Both the position numbers and the translations under genes were made by a program. Below, one piece after another: positions 36,158 to 46,606 of a stretch of DNA of 64,000 nucleotides. This stretch comes from Desulfovibrionaceae bacterium (GTDB lineage: Bacteria > Desulfobacterota > Desulfovibrionia > Desulfovibrionales > Desulfovibrionaceae): positions 121,352 through 185,351 of the forward strand of contig JBOFIJ010000006.1 of assembly GCA_051650105.1 (NCBI GenBank), in the 5' to 3' direction. Under the pieces are notes generated by a model. The model was not told the origin of the DNA. It saw nothing but the letters and a program-made list of their open reading frames with translations, and did not search any database. Positions within the stretch are counted from its first letter, which is position 1. Every line of letters starts with the position of its first letter.

Positions 36158-37903
36158 TTATAAAGATTTAAATTTCTTTGTAATTTCCTTATTGTTAGGA
36201 GCCAATTCAAGGGCTTTTTTATACCCATATTTTGCATCTTGTTTACGGCCTGTTTTTTTTGCAATATCCCCATAATGTTCCCATATTTCTGATGAAGTTA
36301 TGTCCATATCTTTTGCTTGTTGTATGAGGTTCCAAGCTTTTTGATACAACTCTTCTCTATAGTACAACCACGCGAGGGAGTCTACCACATAAATATCTTG
36401 CGGGTCAAGAAAAAGTGCTTTTTCTAAAAGAATTTTAGCTCTACTTAGGTCTCCCCCATTTAATACAATAAGGTAACCTATATAATTAAGGGCATTCTTG
36501 TGATCTGGGTCTAGCGTAATAATTTTTTCCATTAATTTAAGGGCATTCTCTTTATCATTTAAGCGGTCGTATGTATTTGCTAAACTATAGAGTAAATCTA
36601 CATTATCTGGCCATCTTTTTAATACTTTAGTATAGAGTATTTTTGCTTTAGTGTATTGTTTGGTATTAATAAGTGCTTTTCCATAGAGATCTACCATTTC
36701 TATAGAATTTGGAAATTCTCTGTGTGATAATTCTGCAGTGCGCAAGGATTGTTCAAATTTCCCTTGTAAATTATATATACGTACTTTTGTATAGAGTGCT
36801 TCTGGATAAAGAGAGCTTGTTCTAGGGATGGTATCAAGATATTGTAGCGATTTTTTATAATTTTTATCTCGTTCAGAATAAAGCAATGCATAATAAAAAC
36901 TTGTTTCATCTTTTAGGCGTTCTTTCTTGCCCATAATACGTAAGATTTTTTCTGCACCGTTGTACGCACCTTCTTCCATAAATATTCGTACTGAGGACAA
37001 AAGAAAGTAGTTAGTTTGGGGACCTTGTAACACAAGTTCGTAGGCCTCTCTTTCGTTATTTAATTTTAAAGCAATTGTTAAGAGACGTAGCCACAATTCT
37101 GGTTCATCTGGGTTTTTGCGAAGTACTTCAGAATAACTTTCTTTTGCTAAAGCATAATGTTGCTGTTTTTCATATATTAACCCCATTTCAAACCATGCTT
37201 CTGCTAAATCAGGATTTAATTCTAATGTTTTTTCTAAGTAGGAAATAGCTTTTGTATCATCTGCTAAACCATTCCAAGCGAGTGCTGCATAGAAATAATC
37301 GGCAGCAGTGCTTTCTGAAGGAGTGAGAGTATTGAAAATATTCATAATTCTAGTGTAGGATTGTTCTTCGTAGTATAGGCAATATAATTTTGACCGAGCA
37401 AGAATATCTCTAGGGTTTTTTTTGTAAAATGCTTTTACTCTATTTAAAACGGTTTTTTTGTCTTTAATAAGTTCAGACCACAATAAAATAAGATCAAAGT
37501 TGCTTGGGTGTTTTTGAAATGCTTCTTCTAACGTTACAATTGTTTCTTCTTCTTTATTGGAAAGGAGGTAAAAGCTTGCTATTTCTAGATAAATTTTTTC
37601 CGATGGACGTGCGCTGCGCAAAAGAAGTGCTGCGTGTTTTGCATCAGTCATATTTTGGTGTTGAAGGGCTAGGAGAAACCTGAGATATAAGTAATTCTCA
37701 TTGGAGTCTTTTTGTAGAACCCAAGAGGAAGGTTTTTTTGATTCAAAAGGAGTTGTTTTTGTGACATCTTCATTTTGAGACTCTTGTTGTGATGGTGGCG
37801 TGATTTCTTGTTTTAAAAGAATGTTTTCCGTAGCAATACTGCAGCTTATAAGGAGCAGAAAACTACATAGTGGAATATTTTTTAGTAAAATACATAATTT
37901 CAT
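36158..37903 (-). CDS. Tetratricopeptide-repeat lipoprotein
   Basis: Lipobox LLLISC after the signal peptide, and many TPR units (for example AEAWFEMGLIYEKQQHYALAKESYSEVLRKNPD). Confidence 0.8.
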   Translation of the reverse strand: MKLCILLKNIPLCSFLLLISCSIATENILLKQEITPPSQQESQNEDVTKTTPFESKKPSSWVLQKDSNENYLYLRFLLALQHQNMTDAKHAALLLRSARPSEKIYLEIASFYLLSNKEEETIVTLEEAFQKHPSNFDLILLWSELIKDKKTVLNRVKAFYKKNPRDILARSKLYCLYYEEQSYTRIMNIFNTLTPSESTAADYFYAALAWNGLADDTKAISYLEKTLELNPDLAEAWFEMGLIYEKQQHYALAKESYSEVLRKNPDEPELWLRLLTIALKLNNEREAYELVLQGPQTNYFLLSSVRIFMEEGAYNGAEKILRIMGKKERLKDETSFYYALLYSERDKNYKKSLQYLDTIPRTSSLYPEALYTKVRIYNLQGKFEQSLRTAELSHREFPNSIEMVDLYGKALINTKQYTKAKILYTKVLKRWPDNVDLLYSLANTYDRLNDKENALKLMEKIITLDPDHKNALNYIGYLIVLNGGDLSRAKILLEKALFLDPQDIYVVDSLAWLYYREELYQKAWNLIQQAKDMDITSSEIWEHYGDIAKKTGRKQDAKYGYKKALELAPNNKEITKKFKSL

Positions 37904-37915
37904 GTGTGCTCTTTT

Positions 37916-38974
37916 TTATATCAGCCAATCTTTAGAAATTTCTTTTACCTTTTTGTTCAAGTAATGTTTGATTTTTTCTAATAAACGAGCTTCTATTTGC
38001 CGTACTCTTTCTCTCGATATCTTCAATTCGTCACCAAGTGTTTTAAGTGTCGAAGGATTATCAGAGAGAATTCTTTGTGTTAGAATAATCTGTTCTTTTA
38101 TTGAGAGAGAGGGGTACAAATCACTAATATGATGTAGAAGTGTTGTTTGTATCTCTTCTTTAGCTACCGTTTCTTCAACACAAATTTCTGCGGATATTTG
38201 TAATATGGGAGCTGAGGAATCTTCATTATATGTCAAATCTAAAGAAATGTCATTATATTCTATTCTTTGTTGCATTTCAATGATATCTTCTTCTGTTACA
38301 TCAAAATGCTGAGCTAAGAGAGACACATCTGCTTCGAATCCTAAAGAGATTAATCGTTGCCGTTCCTTATTTAGTGTGTAAAATAGTTTGCGCTGTGCCT
38401 GTGTAGTCCCTATTTTTACGAGTCTCCAATTGTTCATAAGGGTTTTTAAAATATATGCTTTGATCCAAAACGTGGCATAGTACGAAAATTTAATCCCTTT
38501 CTTTGGGTCAAATTTGTCTAATGCACGGAGTAAGCCAAGGTTGCCTTCCTGAATAATATCTTGCAAATTTTGATTCCATTTTTTTTGAAAACTCATTGCT
38601 ATCCAGACAACAAGGCGTAAATGGTGTTTTATTATCAATAAGGCCGCTGTTTTATCTTCATGGTCTTTAGCACGTGTAATAAGATCTGCTAATTGTTCTG
38701 CAGGCATTTTGGGAAATAATGATATTGTTTTGATATATGTTTGAAGTGCGTCATTTGTTGTTGTACTTGTTGTTGCACATAGAATTAATTCGAAAGAATT
38801 ATCTGAAACTATGAGGTCTTCCAAAAGTTCTTTTTCTAAGATATCCTCTGATGCTTCTTCTTGGGAATGTACACTTGTGTCATCCAATAATGAGACAACA
38901 TGATGGGAGAAATCATTTTTCTGCTCGTTGTTTTGAGTAAAGTGATTGTCTTTAGCAGTATTTTTCTTAATCAT
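37916..38974 (-). CDS. rpoH: RNA polymerase sigma-32 (heat-shock sigma factor) with ~70-aa acidic N-terminal extension
   Basis: Sigma-70 regions 2 and 4 (DIIQEGNLGLLRALDKFDP; LKISRERVRQIEARLLEKI) and an RpoH box QRKLFYTLNK. Confidence 0.8.
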   Translation of the reverse strand: MIKKNTAKDNHFTQNNEQKNDFSHHVVSLLDDTSVHSQEEASEDILEKELLEDLIVSDNSFELILCATTSTTTNDALQTYIKTISLFPKMPAEQLADLITRAKDHEDKTAALLIIKHHLRLVVWIAMSFQKKWNQNLQDIIQEGNLGLLRALDKFDPKKGIKFSYYATFWIKAYILKTLMNNWRLVKIGTTQAQRKLFYTLNKERQRLISLGFEADVSLLAQHFDVTEEDIIEMQQRIEYNDISLDLTYNEDSSAPILQISAEICVEETVAKEEIQTTLLHHISDLYPSLSIKEQIILTQRILSDNPSTLKTLGDELKISRERVRQIEARLLEKIKHYLNKKVKEISKDWLI

Positions 38975-39085
38975 GCGTGTAACTCCTCAACGTCTCATTT
39001 TCCCATTCATTTATTTCATGTATATGAGCAGCATCTTTGGTTATTGATGTATATGATGCTTTGTTTACACTGTATCGGCATAGAT

Positions 39086-39127
39086 TACAAAATCCTAAAC
39101 AGAAGATCTTCTACTTGGGATTTTGTA
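39086..39127. promoter_or_regulatory. 42-nt compound palindrome between divergent rpoH and lepB
   Basis: tacaaaatcc-taaac-agaagatcttct-acttg-ggattttgta has 10-bp outer arms plus a perfect 12-bp inner palindrome. Confidence 0.4.
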
Positions 39128-39249
39128 AATGCTACTCATAGAGTATTTTTCTTTTTTTAAATTTTTATTTTACTTCTAGCTTGCTTTACAAAGGGCTATC
39201 TATTATTATATTCGTTCGTTTGTTTTTTGATATTTAAAGAGGATCATGT

Positions 39250-39915
39250 ATGTATAGTAAAAAATCAAAATCACTTTTTCAGGAATATTTAGAAGCTTTT
39301 ATTATTGCAATTTGTATAGCTGTTTTTGTACGATTATTTATTGCTCAAGCATACAGAATTCCTTCTGGCTCTATGTTAGAAACCTTGCAGATAGGAGATT
39401 ATCTTTTTGTAAATAAGTTAGCCTATAACGTTACGCTACCTTTCACAGATAAAACTCTTTTTGAAACAGGCGATCCTCAGTTTCAAGATGTCCTTGTTTT
39501 TAAATATCCAGATGATCCATCAAAGGATTTTATTAAAAGGGTTATCGGTTTACCAGGAGATGTCTTGGAAATGCGTGAAAAGAAGTTATACAGAAATGGT
39601 GAATTGTTAGTTGAGCCATATGTGAAATATGAAGATCCAAATACAATTATTCCAATTCGTGATAATTTCGGTCCGTTTACTGTTCCAGAGAATTCTTATT
39701 TCATGCTTGGAGACAACAGAGATAGTTCTCAGGATTCACGTTTTTGGGGTTTTGTTAAAAGAAGTGCTCTGGTTGGTAAGGCGTGGAGAATTTATTTTTC
39801 TATAGTACAAAAACCCACCGATTTTTCTGGTAATGAAGTTGTGGATACCGAATATGAACAAAAAGAGCCTTATGGCACCATTCGTTGGAGCCGCATAGGC
39901 AAAAAGATAGAGTAA
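39250..39915 (+). CDS. lepB: Signal peptidase I
   Basis: Ser box IPSGSMLETL, Lys box KRVIGLPGD, and GDNRDSSQDSR. Confidence 0.9.
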   Translation: MYSKKSKSLFQEYLEAFIIAICIAVFVRLFIAQAYRIPSGSMLETLQIGDYLFVNKLAYNVTLPFTDKTLFETGDPQFQDVLVFKYPDDPSKDFIKRVIGLPGDVLEMREKKLYRNGELLVEPYVKYEDPNTIIPIRDNFGPFTVPENSYFMLGDNRDSSQDSRFWGFVKRSALVGKAWRIYFSIVQKPTDFSGNEVVDTEYEQKEPYGTIRWSRIGKKIE

Positions 39916-40010
39916 TTTTTAGATTGTATGTATTGTATATGGACGTATCTACAAGGAAATATACTGTATTTTGCAAATAGTAATTATATAACGTTAAGGA
40001 ATAGTAAAGT

Positions 40011-41690
40011 ATGTCGAATGATGCAGAAAAAGTTATATATTCTATGTCCCATGTTACAAAACGTCATGGGCAAAAAGAAGTATTAAAAGATATTTCCCTT
40101 TCTTATTTTTATGGAGCTAAGATAGGGGTGCTTGGATTAAATGGTTCTGGAAAAAGTTCATTATTAAAAATTCTTTCTGGTGTAGATACAGAATTTGATG
40201 GAACTATCTCGTGCTCTCCTCATTTTACCGTGGGCTATTTGGAACAAGAACCATTACAAAATGAGGTAAGAACTGTTAAAGAGGTTGTCCAAGAGGCTGT
40301 TCAAGATATTCTTGATTTGGTGAATGCCTTTGATGCTATTAATGCTCAATTTGCGAGCGTTTCTATGGAAGAAATGGATGCTCTTATAGAAAAACAAGCT
40401 ATAATACAAGAACAAATGGATGCTAATAATGCGTGGGATATAGATTCTCGTTTGCAAATGGCTATGGATGCTCTGCGGTGCCCTGCATCAGATACCCCCG
40501 TAAATACCATTTCTGGTGGGGAAAAGAGAAGAGTTGCTCTTTGTCGTCTTCTTTTACAAAAACCAGATATTCTTCTATTGGATGAACCCACGAACCATCT
40601 TGACGCTGAATCTGTCTCTTGGCTTGAGCGTTATCTCCAGGATTTTCCAGGAACTGTTATTGCTGTTACTCACGATAGATATTTTTTGGATAACGTGGCA
40701 GGATGGATTCTAGAACTTGATAGAGGGAGAGGGATACCGTGGAAAGGAAATTATACTTCTTGGCTTGAACAAAAGGAAAAACGCCTAGAACAGGAAGAAA
40801 AACAAGAAAGCGAAAGGCAAAAGACTATTAGGAAAGAGTTAGAATGGATTAAAATGTCACCAAAGGGAAGGCATTCCAAGGGAAAGGCTCGTATTAATGC
40901 TTATGAAGCTATGATCTCTCATGAAAGTGAAGAAAGAGCAAAGGATCTTGAAATTTATATTCCTCCTGGTCCTCGTCTAGGGAAGAAAGTATTTGAAGCG
41001 GAAAATATCTCTAAAACCATCGGGGATAAGACATTGTTTGACAATCTTAGTTTTATTATTCCACCAAATGCTATCGTTGGAATTATTGGACCAAATGGTG
41101 CTGGTAAAACAACATTATTTAAAATTTTGGCTGGAATGGACACCGTTTCTTCTGGTACTTTTTTTAAAGGAGAAACTGCGAAAGTTGCTTATGTTGATCA
41201 AAATAGGGAATCGCTTATTGCTGGGAAAACTGTCTTTGATATTATTAGTCGAGGCCAGGAAGTTGTTAAATTGGGTTCTAGAAATATTAATGCAAGAGCA
41301 TATTGTTCTCGTTTTAACTTTGCCGGGGCAGATCAGCAAAAAGATGTAGCTGTTCTTTCTGGCGGAGAAAGAAATAGGGTACATCTAGCGTGTCTTTTAC
41401 AAGAAGGAGCTAATGTTCTTTTACTGGATGAGCCAACAAATGATCTTGATATCAATACATTGCAGGCTTTAGAATCTGCAATTGATAATTTTGCTGGATG
41501 TGCACTTATAATTAGCCATGATAGATGGTTTTTAGACAGGTTAGCAACTCATATACTTTCATTTGAAGGGGATTCTTTTGTAACATTCTTTGAAGGGTCT
41601 TATTCTGAATATGAGGAGGATAAGAAAAGACGCTTAGGAAAAGACGCAGATACTCCAAGGCCGATTAAATTTAGAAAATTTGATAGATAA
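40011..41690 (+). CDS. ettA: Energy-dependent translational throttle ABC-F protein EttA
   Basis: Near-colinear with E. coli EttA as I remember it (GAKIGVLGLNGSGKSS, LSGGEKRRVALCRLLL, HDRYFLDNVAGWILELDRG, GIIGPNGAGKTTLF, ISHDRWFLDR). Confidence 0.92.
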   Translation: MSNDAEKVIYSMSHVTKRHGQKEVLKDISLSYFYGAKIGVLGLNGSGKSSLLKILSGVDTEFDGTISCSPHFTVGYLEQEPLQNEVRTVKEVVQEAVQDILDLVNAFDAINAQFASVSMEEMDALIEKQAIIQEQMDANNAWDIDSRLQMAMDALRCPASDTPVNTISGGEKRRVALCRLLLQKPDILLLDEPTNHLDAESVSWLERYLQDFPGTVIAVTHDRYFLDNVAGWILELDRGRGIPWKGNYTSWLEQKEKRLEQEEKQESERQKTIRKELEWIKMSPKGRHSKGKARINAYEAMISHESEERAKDLEIYIPPGPRLGKKVFEAENISKTIGDKTLFDNLSFIIPPNAIVGIIGPNGAGKTTLFKILAGMDTVSSGTFFKGETAKVAYVDQNRESLIAGKTVFDIISRGQEVVKLGSRNINARAYCSRFNFAGADQQKDVAVLSGGERNRVHLACLLQEGANVLLLDEPTNDLDINTLQALESAIDNFAGCALIISHDRWFLDRLATHILSFEGDSFVTFFEGSYSEYEEDKKRRLGKDADTPRPIKFRKFDR

Positions 41691-41699
41691 TATTTATTT

Positions 41700-41750
41700 G
41701 AAGAAGCTGTGCCTTGGAACGTCAGCTTCTTCTTATTATCGGTTTTTTTC
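41700..41750 (+). terminator. Rho-independent terminator after ettA
   Basis: Perfect 10-bp stem gaagaagctg / cagcttcttc with a 13-nt loop, followed by a T-rich tail ttattatcggttttttt. Confidence 0.75.
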
Positions 41751-41755
41751 TCTTT

Positions 41756-42013
41756 TTATTGAGAGTTTTGGTTCATCGCAGTAAGTTTCCATCCAAGTTC
41801 TTCTGCCATAAATTCTAGTGGACGGATATCTTTTGTTGTCTTCATAATTTCCAGAAGGGTGTCCGCGCCTAATTTTGCATTTCTGTCAAAAGGATTTATT
41901 TCCCGCATCAGTGCTGGATATGTCTTTCCTATACTTTGAGCAATATCTTTTGCGGAACGTGATTCCAAAAGCATATTCTGAACAACAACTGTAACTGTTT
42001 TATCGTATGACAT
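41756..42013 (-). CDS. Small phage 186 CII (CP76)-like regulatory protein, N-terminal domain only
   Basis: 85 aa. AKDIAQSIGKTYPALMREINPFDRNAKLGADTLLEIMKTTKD parallels the 186 CII block AERAGMNVQTLRNKLNPEQPHQFTPPELWLLTDLTED (from memory). Confidence 0.5.
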   Translation of the reverse strand: MSYDKTVTVVVQNMLLESRSAKDIAQSIGKTYPALMREINPFDRNAKLGADTLLEIMKTTKDIRPLEFMAEELGWKLTAMNQNSQ

Positions 42014-42054
42014 TATAAAGACTCCTTAAAATTATAATATAGCATTATATATGT

Positions 42055-42090
42055 TGTATATTATATGTATATTATGCATGTATATAATAT
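42055..42090. repeat. Three tandem ~11-bp AT-rich repeats in the divergent CII-like / CofD-like promoter region
   Basis: tgtatattata-tgtatattatg-catgtatataata, spaced at about one helical turn. Confidence 0.5.
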
Positions 42091-42318
42091 ATACTAACTT
42101 TATATACAATGATACATTTTGTATCGTGATATTCTGTATTATCTACTCATTAATTCTGTTCTCCTGCAATATTATTTTATAATGATGTTAGAAAGTAGTA
42201 TGGGTATATTCTTTTGTGTTATGCTACTGTTTTGTTTATTTATGTGGCGATATTTAAGCCGATTTTGTTTTTATCTTTTCTTGTGATATAGTATTTTGTA
42301 AGAGGACTTCTATACAGT

Positions 42319-43443
42319 ATGAAAAATTATTTTTCTCAAATCCTTTTTTTCTCTGGTGGAACTGCTTTATATGATACAAGCAAGGTCTTAACTTCATTAA
42401 CTCGGAATGTTGTGCATTTGTTGACTCCTTTTGATTCTGGTGGAAGTACCGCGATACTGAGAGATATTTTTGATATTCCGGCCGTTGGGGACATTCGAAA
42501 TAGAATACTCGCTCTCGTTGCAGATACCGAAGAAATGGGTGCTGTTAAAAATTTGCTTGATTATAGGGTTTCTAATTTCCCTTCTGCTGCAGATAGTGAC
42601 GAGTTTTATAACATTTTGAAGGGAGAACATTTGCTGTGGAATGGTATAGCTATAGATATTAGGAATAGATTCTTGTCGTACCTTAGTAATGTGCTTCCTT
42701 TGTTGCCAGATTCATTTACTGTGAATCGTGCTTCCATTGGCAATTGTGTAATTGTTGGAGCCGTCTTGCAATATAAAACATTTTCTTGTGCTATAAAAAG
42801 TCTTTCTATAGCGATGGGTATTCAAGAAGTTATTTTACCTGTTGTTGAAGATAGCTTGTATCTTGTGGCATTACTTGAAGATGGTTCTTTTATCCATGGA
42901 CAGCATTGTATTACACAAAGAAAAGAACATTTTCATGTTGTAAAGTTATATTTGACAGATGAAAAACCAGGTTCTTCTGTTTCCTTGCCAAAAGAAATAT
43001 CTATTTCTATTAATGAAGATGTTACAAAATATATAGAAAGTGCACAAAAAATTTGTTATTCAATAGGGAGTTTTTATACAAGTTTGCTAGCTGGCCTTAT
43101 TCCAGAAGGTATTACTCAGGCTATTATTGCTAATACAGGACCAAAAATTTATATTCCAAATATAGGAAAGGATTTTGAACAGGCTTCTATGTCTGTGGAT
43201 GCTTGTGTTAAAAAATTATTAGAAACTCTTAAAAAAAATACTTCTGCTGATCCTTTTTCTTTTATTTCCCATGTTATTCTGGACCCCAGAAAAGATTCTT
43301 ATGCAAATGGGGTAAATGAAAAATATATTCAGGATCTTGGAATACAAATTATACATAGTTATTGTTTGCGTTCAAGTAAAGAATATGATCCGAATGTGTT
43401 AGCGCAGTTATTATTGAGTGAGAGTATATATAAAGGGAAATAG
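42319..43443 (+). CDS. CofD/YvcK-superfamily protein (CofD-related, resembles the 'GAK system' CofD-like family)
   Basis: N-terminal ILFFSGGTALYDTSKVL..HLLTPFDSGGSTAILRD..AVGDIRNRILAL is typical of CofD-related proteins. Confidence 0.6.
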   Translation: MKNYFSQILFFSGGTALYDTSKVLTSLTRNVVHLLTPFDSGGSTAILRDIFDIPAVGDIRNRILALVADTEEMGAVKNLLDYRVSNFPSAADSDEFYNILKGEHLLWNGIAIDIRNRFLSYLSNVLPLLPDSFTVNRASIGNCVIVGAVLQYKTFSCAIKSLSIAMGIQEVILPVVEDSLYLVALLEDGSFIHGQHCITQRKEHFHVVKLYLTDEKPGSSVSLPKEISISINEDVTKYIESAQKICYSIGSFYTSLLAGLIPEGITQAIIANTGPKIYIPNIGKDFEQASMSVDACVKKLLETLKKNTSADPFSFISHVILDPRKDSYANGVNEKYIQDLGIQIIHSYCLRSSKEYDPNVLAQLLLSESIYKGK

Positions 43444-43758
43444 AACGCTTTGTACATTAACACTGCATTTCTTTGTTATTGTGAGAAGAATAGTGTGTGT
43501 TAGATATATAAAGACGAGTGCCTGTATTACTATAAATTGCGTTTTGTGAAAAAGTACAAAGAAGATTGTCTATAGAGTATCTATTATTGTAGGAAGGATC
43601 TGTGGGTCATCAAGGTAAGAAATAACAGTAGCAAATAGGCTCAATATCTTTTTATCTATATAGTAATAATATCGTTAGTCCATAGTCTTATTGTCTATAT
43701 ATCGTTCTATATTGTATCTATAAAGAAATTATGACAAATTGGGTGTGAAGAAATACAT

Positions 43759-46236
43759 TTATTTAAGTACAATATTCACCAATTTCTTATCAATTACTAT
43801 TGTTTTTACAATTTCTTTATCCTGTATGAATCGAATAATAGTTGTATTGTTACGTGCAAGATTTTCTAAATCTTCTTTTGTTATAGTAGCAGGTACTGTT
43901 TCGGTTGCTCTCACTTTCCCATTTACTTGAAAGACTACTTGAATCTCGTCCTGAACAAGAGCTTCTTCAGAATATGTAGGGAATGTTTGTGTACAAATGC
44001 TTGTTGTATTACCTATAATGGACCACATTTCTTCGGAGAGATGGGGTGTATAAGGTGCAAGAAGTGTTATTACCGTGGCTATTGCAGAGGAAATAATGGG
44101 GATGTCTTTTTCATGTTGTACACTATCTCTGTAATGATAAAGAGTATTAACAAGTTCCATAATAGAAGAAATAGCGGTATTAAACTGGTATTTCTCTGTA
44201 TCATCTCTATATTTTTTTATAGTAGCATGTTCTTTTTGATAAATATGCTTTGCTGCATCTGAATAAAGCATTTTTCTTGTACTACTTCCTGCTGTGCTTG
44301 GAACATACATAGTGTGATAATATTCTAATAATTTAAAAACTCGTTGAACAAAACGATAGCAACCTTCTATTCCAGAATCACTCCAATCAAAATCTCTTTC
44401 TGGAGGAGCTGCAAACAGGCAAAAAAGGCGAACTGTATCTGCACCATAGTGTAATATCATTTCCGTAGGATCTATCGTATTGCCCTTCGATTTTGACATC
44501 TTACTGCCATGTAATAAAACCATACCTTGTGTTAATAGATTTGTAAAAGGTTCTTCTAATGTCTCTATATATCCAATATCTTTTAAGGCTCTTGTGAAGA
44601 ATCTGGCATAGAGTAAATGCATTACGGCATGTTCCACTCCACCAATGTACTGATCCACAGGAAGAAAATAGGAGATATTCTCTTTATCAAAAGGGGCATT
44701 TTTATTTTTTGCATCTGCATAACGTAAAAAATACCAAGAAGATTCAAAGAATGTATCCATTGTGTCACATTCTCTTTTCGCAGATCCAGCACACTGTGGA
44801 CACACGGCATTAACAAATGAAGAGCTATCTTGTAAAGGAGAAGTTCCATCATCTTGTATTGGAAGGTTTGTTGGAAGAATAACAGGAAGATTTTCCTCTT
44901 TTTCTGGCACAATTCCACATGTATCACAGTATAATATAGGAATTGGTGTTCCCCAGTAACGTTGTCTTGATATGTTCCAATCTCGTAATTTATACTGAGT
45001 ACTTCTTTCACCAACAGAATGTTCTTCTAGATAACATGCAATATTCTCTTTGGCTTGTTTACTCTCTTGGCCAGTAAATATATGTGAATCTACTAAAAAT
45101 CCTTCTTGTGTATATGCTTTGTTTATTGTTTCTATATCTAAGTTATGCTCTTTATTTTGTATCACTATATGTATGGGAAGAGAATATTGTTTAGCAAATT
45201 CATAGTCTCTTTGATCGTGAGCTGGAACACCCATAAGTGCTCCTGTCCCATAGTGTGCAAGAACAAAGTTTGCTATATATATGGGTATTTCTTTTTGTGT
45301 TATTGGATGGAGAGCATAAAAGCCTGTAAAAATACCTCGTTTATTTTTTTCTTTTGTAGAGGAATCTTCTTTGGCACATGATGCTATAAATATTTCAAGT
45401 TCTTCTTTATTTTTTCTTTTTTTAAGAAATAGAGAAAGAATGGGGTGTTCTGGAGAAATACAAAGAAAGCTTACCCCAAAAAGGGTATCTATACGGCTTG
45501 TGAAAACATGTATGTTTTGTTGCGTATCTTTAACTGTAAAAGGAAGTGTTATCCCTTCAGACTTTCCAATCCAATTCTTTTGCATTTCTAAAACATGAGA
45601 AGGCCACCCCATTGTTATTTGCTGAAGAGCATTAAGGAGATCGTCAGCATACTCTGTAATTTTTAAAAACCATTGTGTGAGTTCTTTTTGAGTTATTTGT
45701 GAATGACATCTCCAACAGCAGTTATCAATAACTTGCTCATTTGCTAAAACAGTATGACATTCTTCACACCAATTTTGTGGCGCTTGCTTTCTATAAGCGA
45801 GACCTTTTTTGAAGAAACGTATGAAAAATTCTTGTTCCCATCTATAGTATTCTGGTAAACACGTTGTAATTTCTCTATCCCAATCATAAGAAAAACCCAG
45901 TCGTTGAAGTTGCTTTTTCATGGAAGATATATTTGCAAGAGTCCATTCCGATGCTTGAATACCGTGCTGTATGGCTGCATTTTCGGCGGGTAAACCAAAA
46001 GCATCCCAGCCTATAGGGTGTAGTACGTTGTATCCTTGCATTATTTTATAGCGGGCGATAACGTCTCCTATAGAATAATTGCGAACATGCCCCATATGGA
46101 TATTGCCTGAGGGATACGGAAACATTTCTAAAACATAATATTTCTTCTTATTCTCATCGCGGTTTGTTTGAAAACTCTTTTGGCTTGCCCATAATTTCTG
46201 CCATTTTAATTCTATAATTTCTGGGGAATATTTCAT
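43759..46236 (-). CDS. leuS: Leucyl-tRNA synthetase
   Basis: HIGH motif (HMGH) and KMSKS present, with a CP1 editing domain and zinc Cys pairs. 825 aa. Confidence 0.95.
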   Translation of the reverse strand: MKYSPEIIELKWQKLWASQKSFQTNRDENKKKYYVLEMFPYPSGNIHMGHVRNYSIGDVIARYKIMQGYNVLHPIGWDAFGLPAENAAIQHGIQASEWTLANISSMKKQLQRLGFSYDWDREITTCLPEYYRWEQEFFIRFFKKGLAYRKQAPQNWCEECHTVLANEQVIDNCCWRCHSQITQKELTQWFLKITEYADDLLNALQQITMGWPSHVLEMQKNWIGKSEGITLPFTVKDTQQNIHVFTSRIDTLFGVSFLCISPEHPILSLFLKKRKNKEELEIFIASCAKEDSSTKEKNKRGIFTGFYALHPITQKEIPIYIANFVLAHYGTGALMGVPAHDQRDYEFAKQYSLPIHIVIQNKEHNLDIETINKAYTQEGFLVDSHIFTGQESKQAKENIACYLEEHSVGERSTQYKLRDWNISRQRYWGTPIPILYCDTCGIVPEKEENLPVILPTNLPIQDDGTSPLQDSSSFVNAVCPQCAGSAKRECDTMDTFFESSWYFLRYADAKNKNAPFDKENISYFLPVDQYIGGVEHAVMHLLYARFFTRALKDIGYIETLEEPFTNLLTQGMVLLHGSKMSKSKGNTIDPTEMILHYGADTVRLFCLFAAPPERDFDWSDSGIEGCYRFVQRVFKLLEYYHTMYVPSTAGSSTRKMLYSDAAKHIYQKEHATIKKYRDDTEKYQFNTAISSIMELVNTLYHYRDSVQHEKDIPIISSAIATVITLLAPYTPHLSEEMWSIIGNTTSICTQTFPTYSEEALVQDEIQVVFQVNGKVRATETVPATITKEDLENLARNNTTIIRFIQDKEIVKTIVIDKKLVNIVLK

Positions 46237-46606
46237 ATATATCTCTCACGGTAGTCTATACATTGCTAATTCTATTACACAGATATAAGTGCACTGTATT
46301 ATTATATCAACTCTTACTGTATTATATCAAAAGACAATTTTATATTATTTGCCATATAGGTATCATACATGCGATACATGAATATGAAATCTCTTAAAAA
46401 GATGTATTGTATTTTGTATAACAAGATTTATTTTTTTGTACATATAAGAAGTATTTATCCTTATTTATAAAAACTTTCATAAAAATCATTGTCTCGCAAT
46501 GCGGCTGTATAGTGCCATAAACTAAAATAAATAAGTAATACAAAAAGTATTTCTTTGTTAAGGGAGTATCTATTAGGAAATAGTTTTCACATTATGTTAA
46601 GGTATA

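Noticed and set aside
46296-46340. Direct repeat actgtatta(tt)atatcaa x2 upstream of leuS, and the similar atgtattattg x2 near 34425.
   Set aside because: These are short AT-rich words that recur by chance in these spacers. I cannot see supporting structure or conservation.
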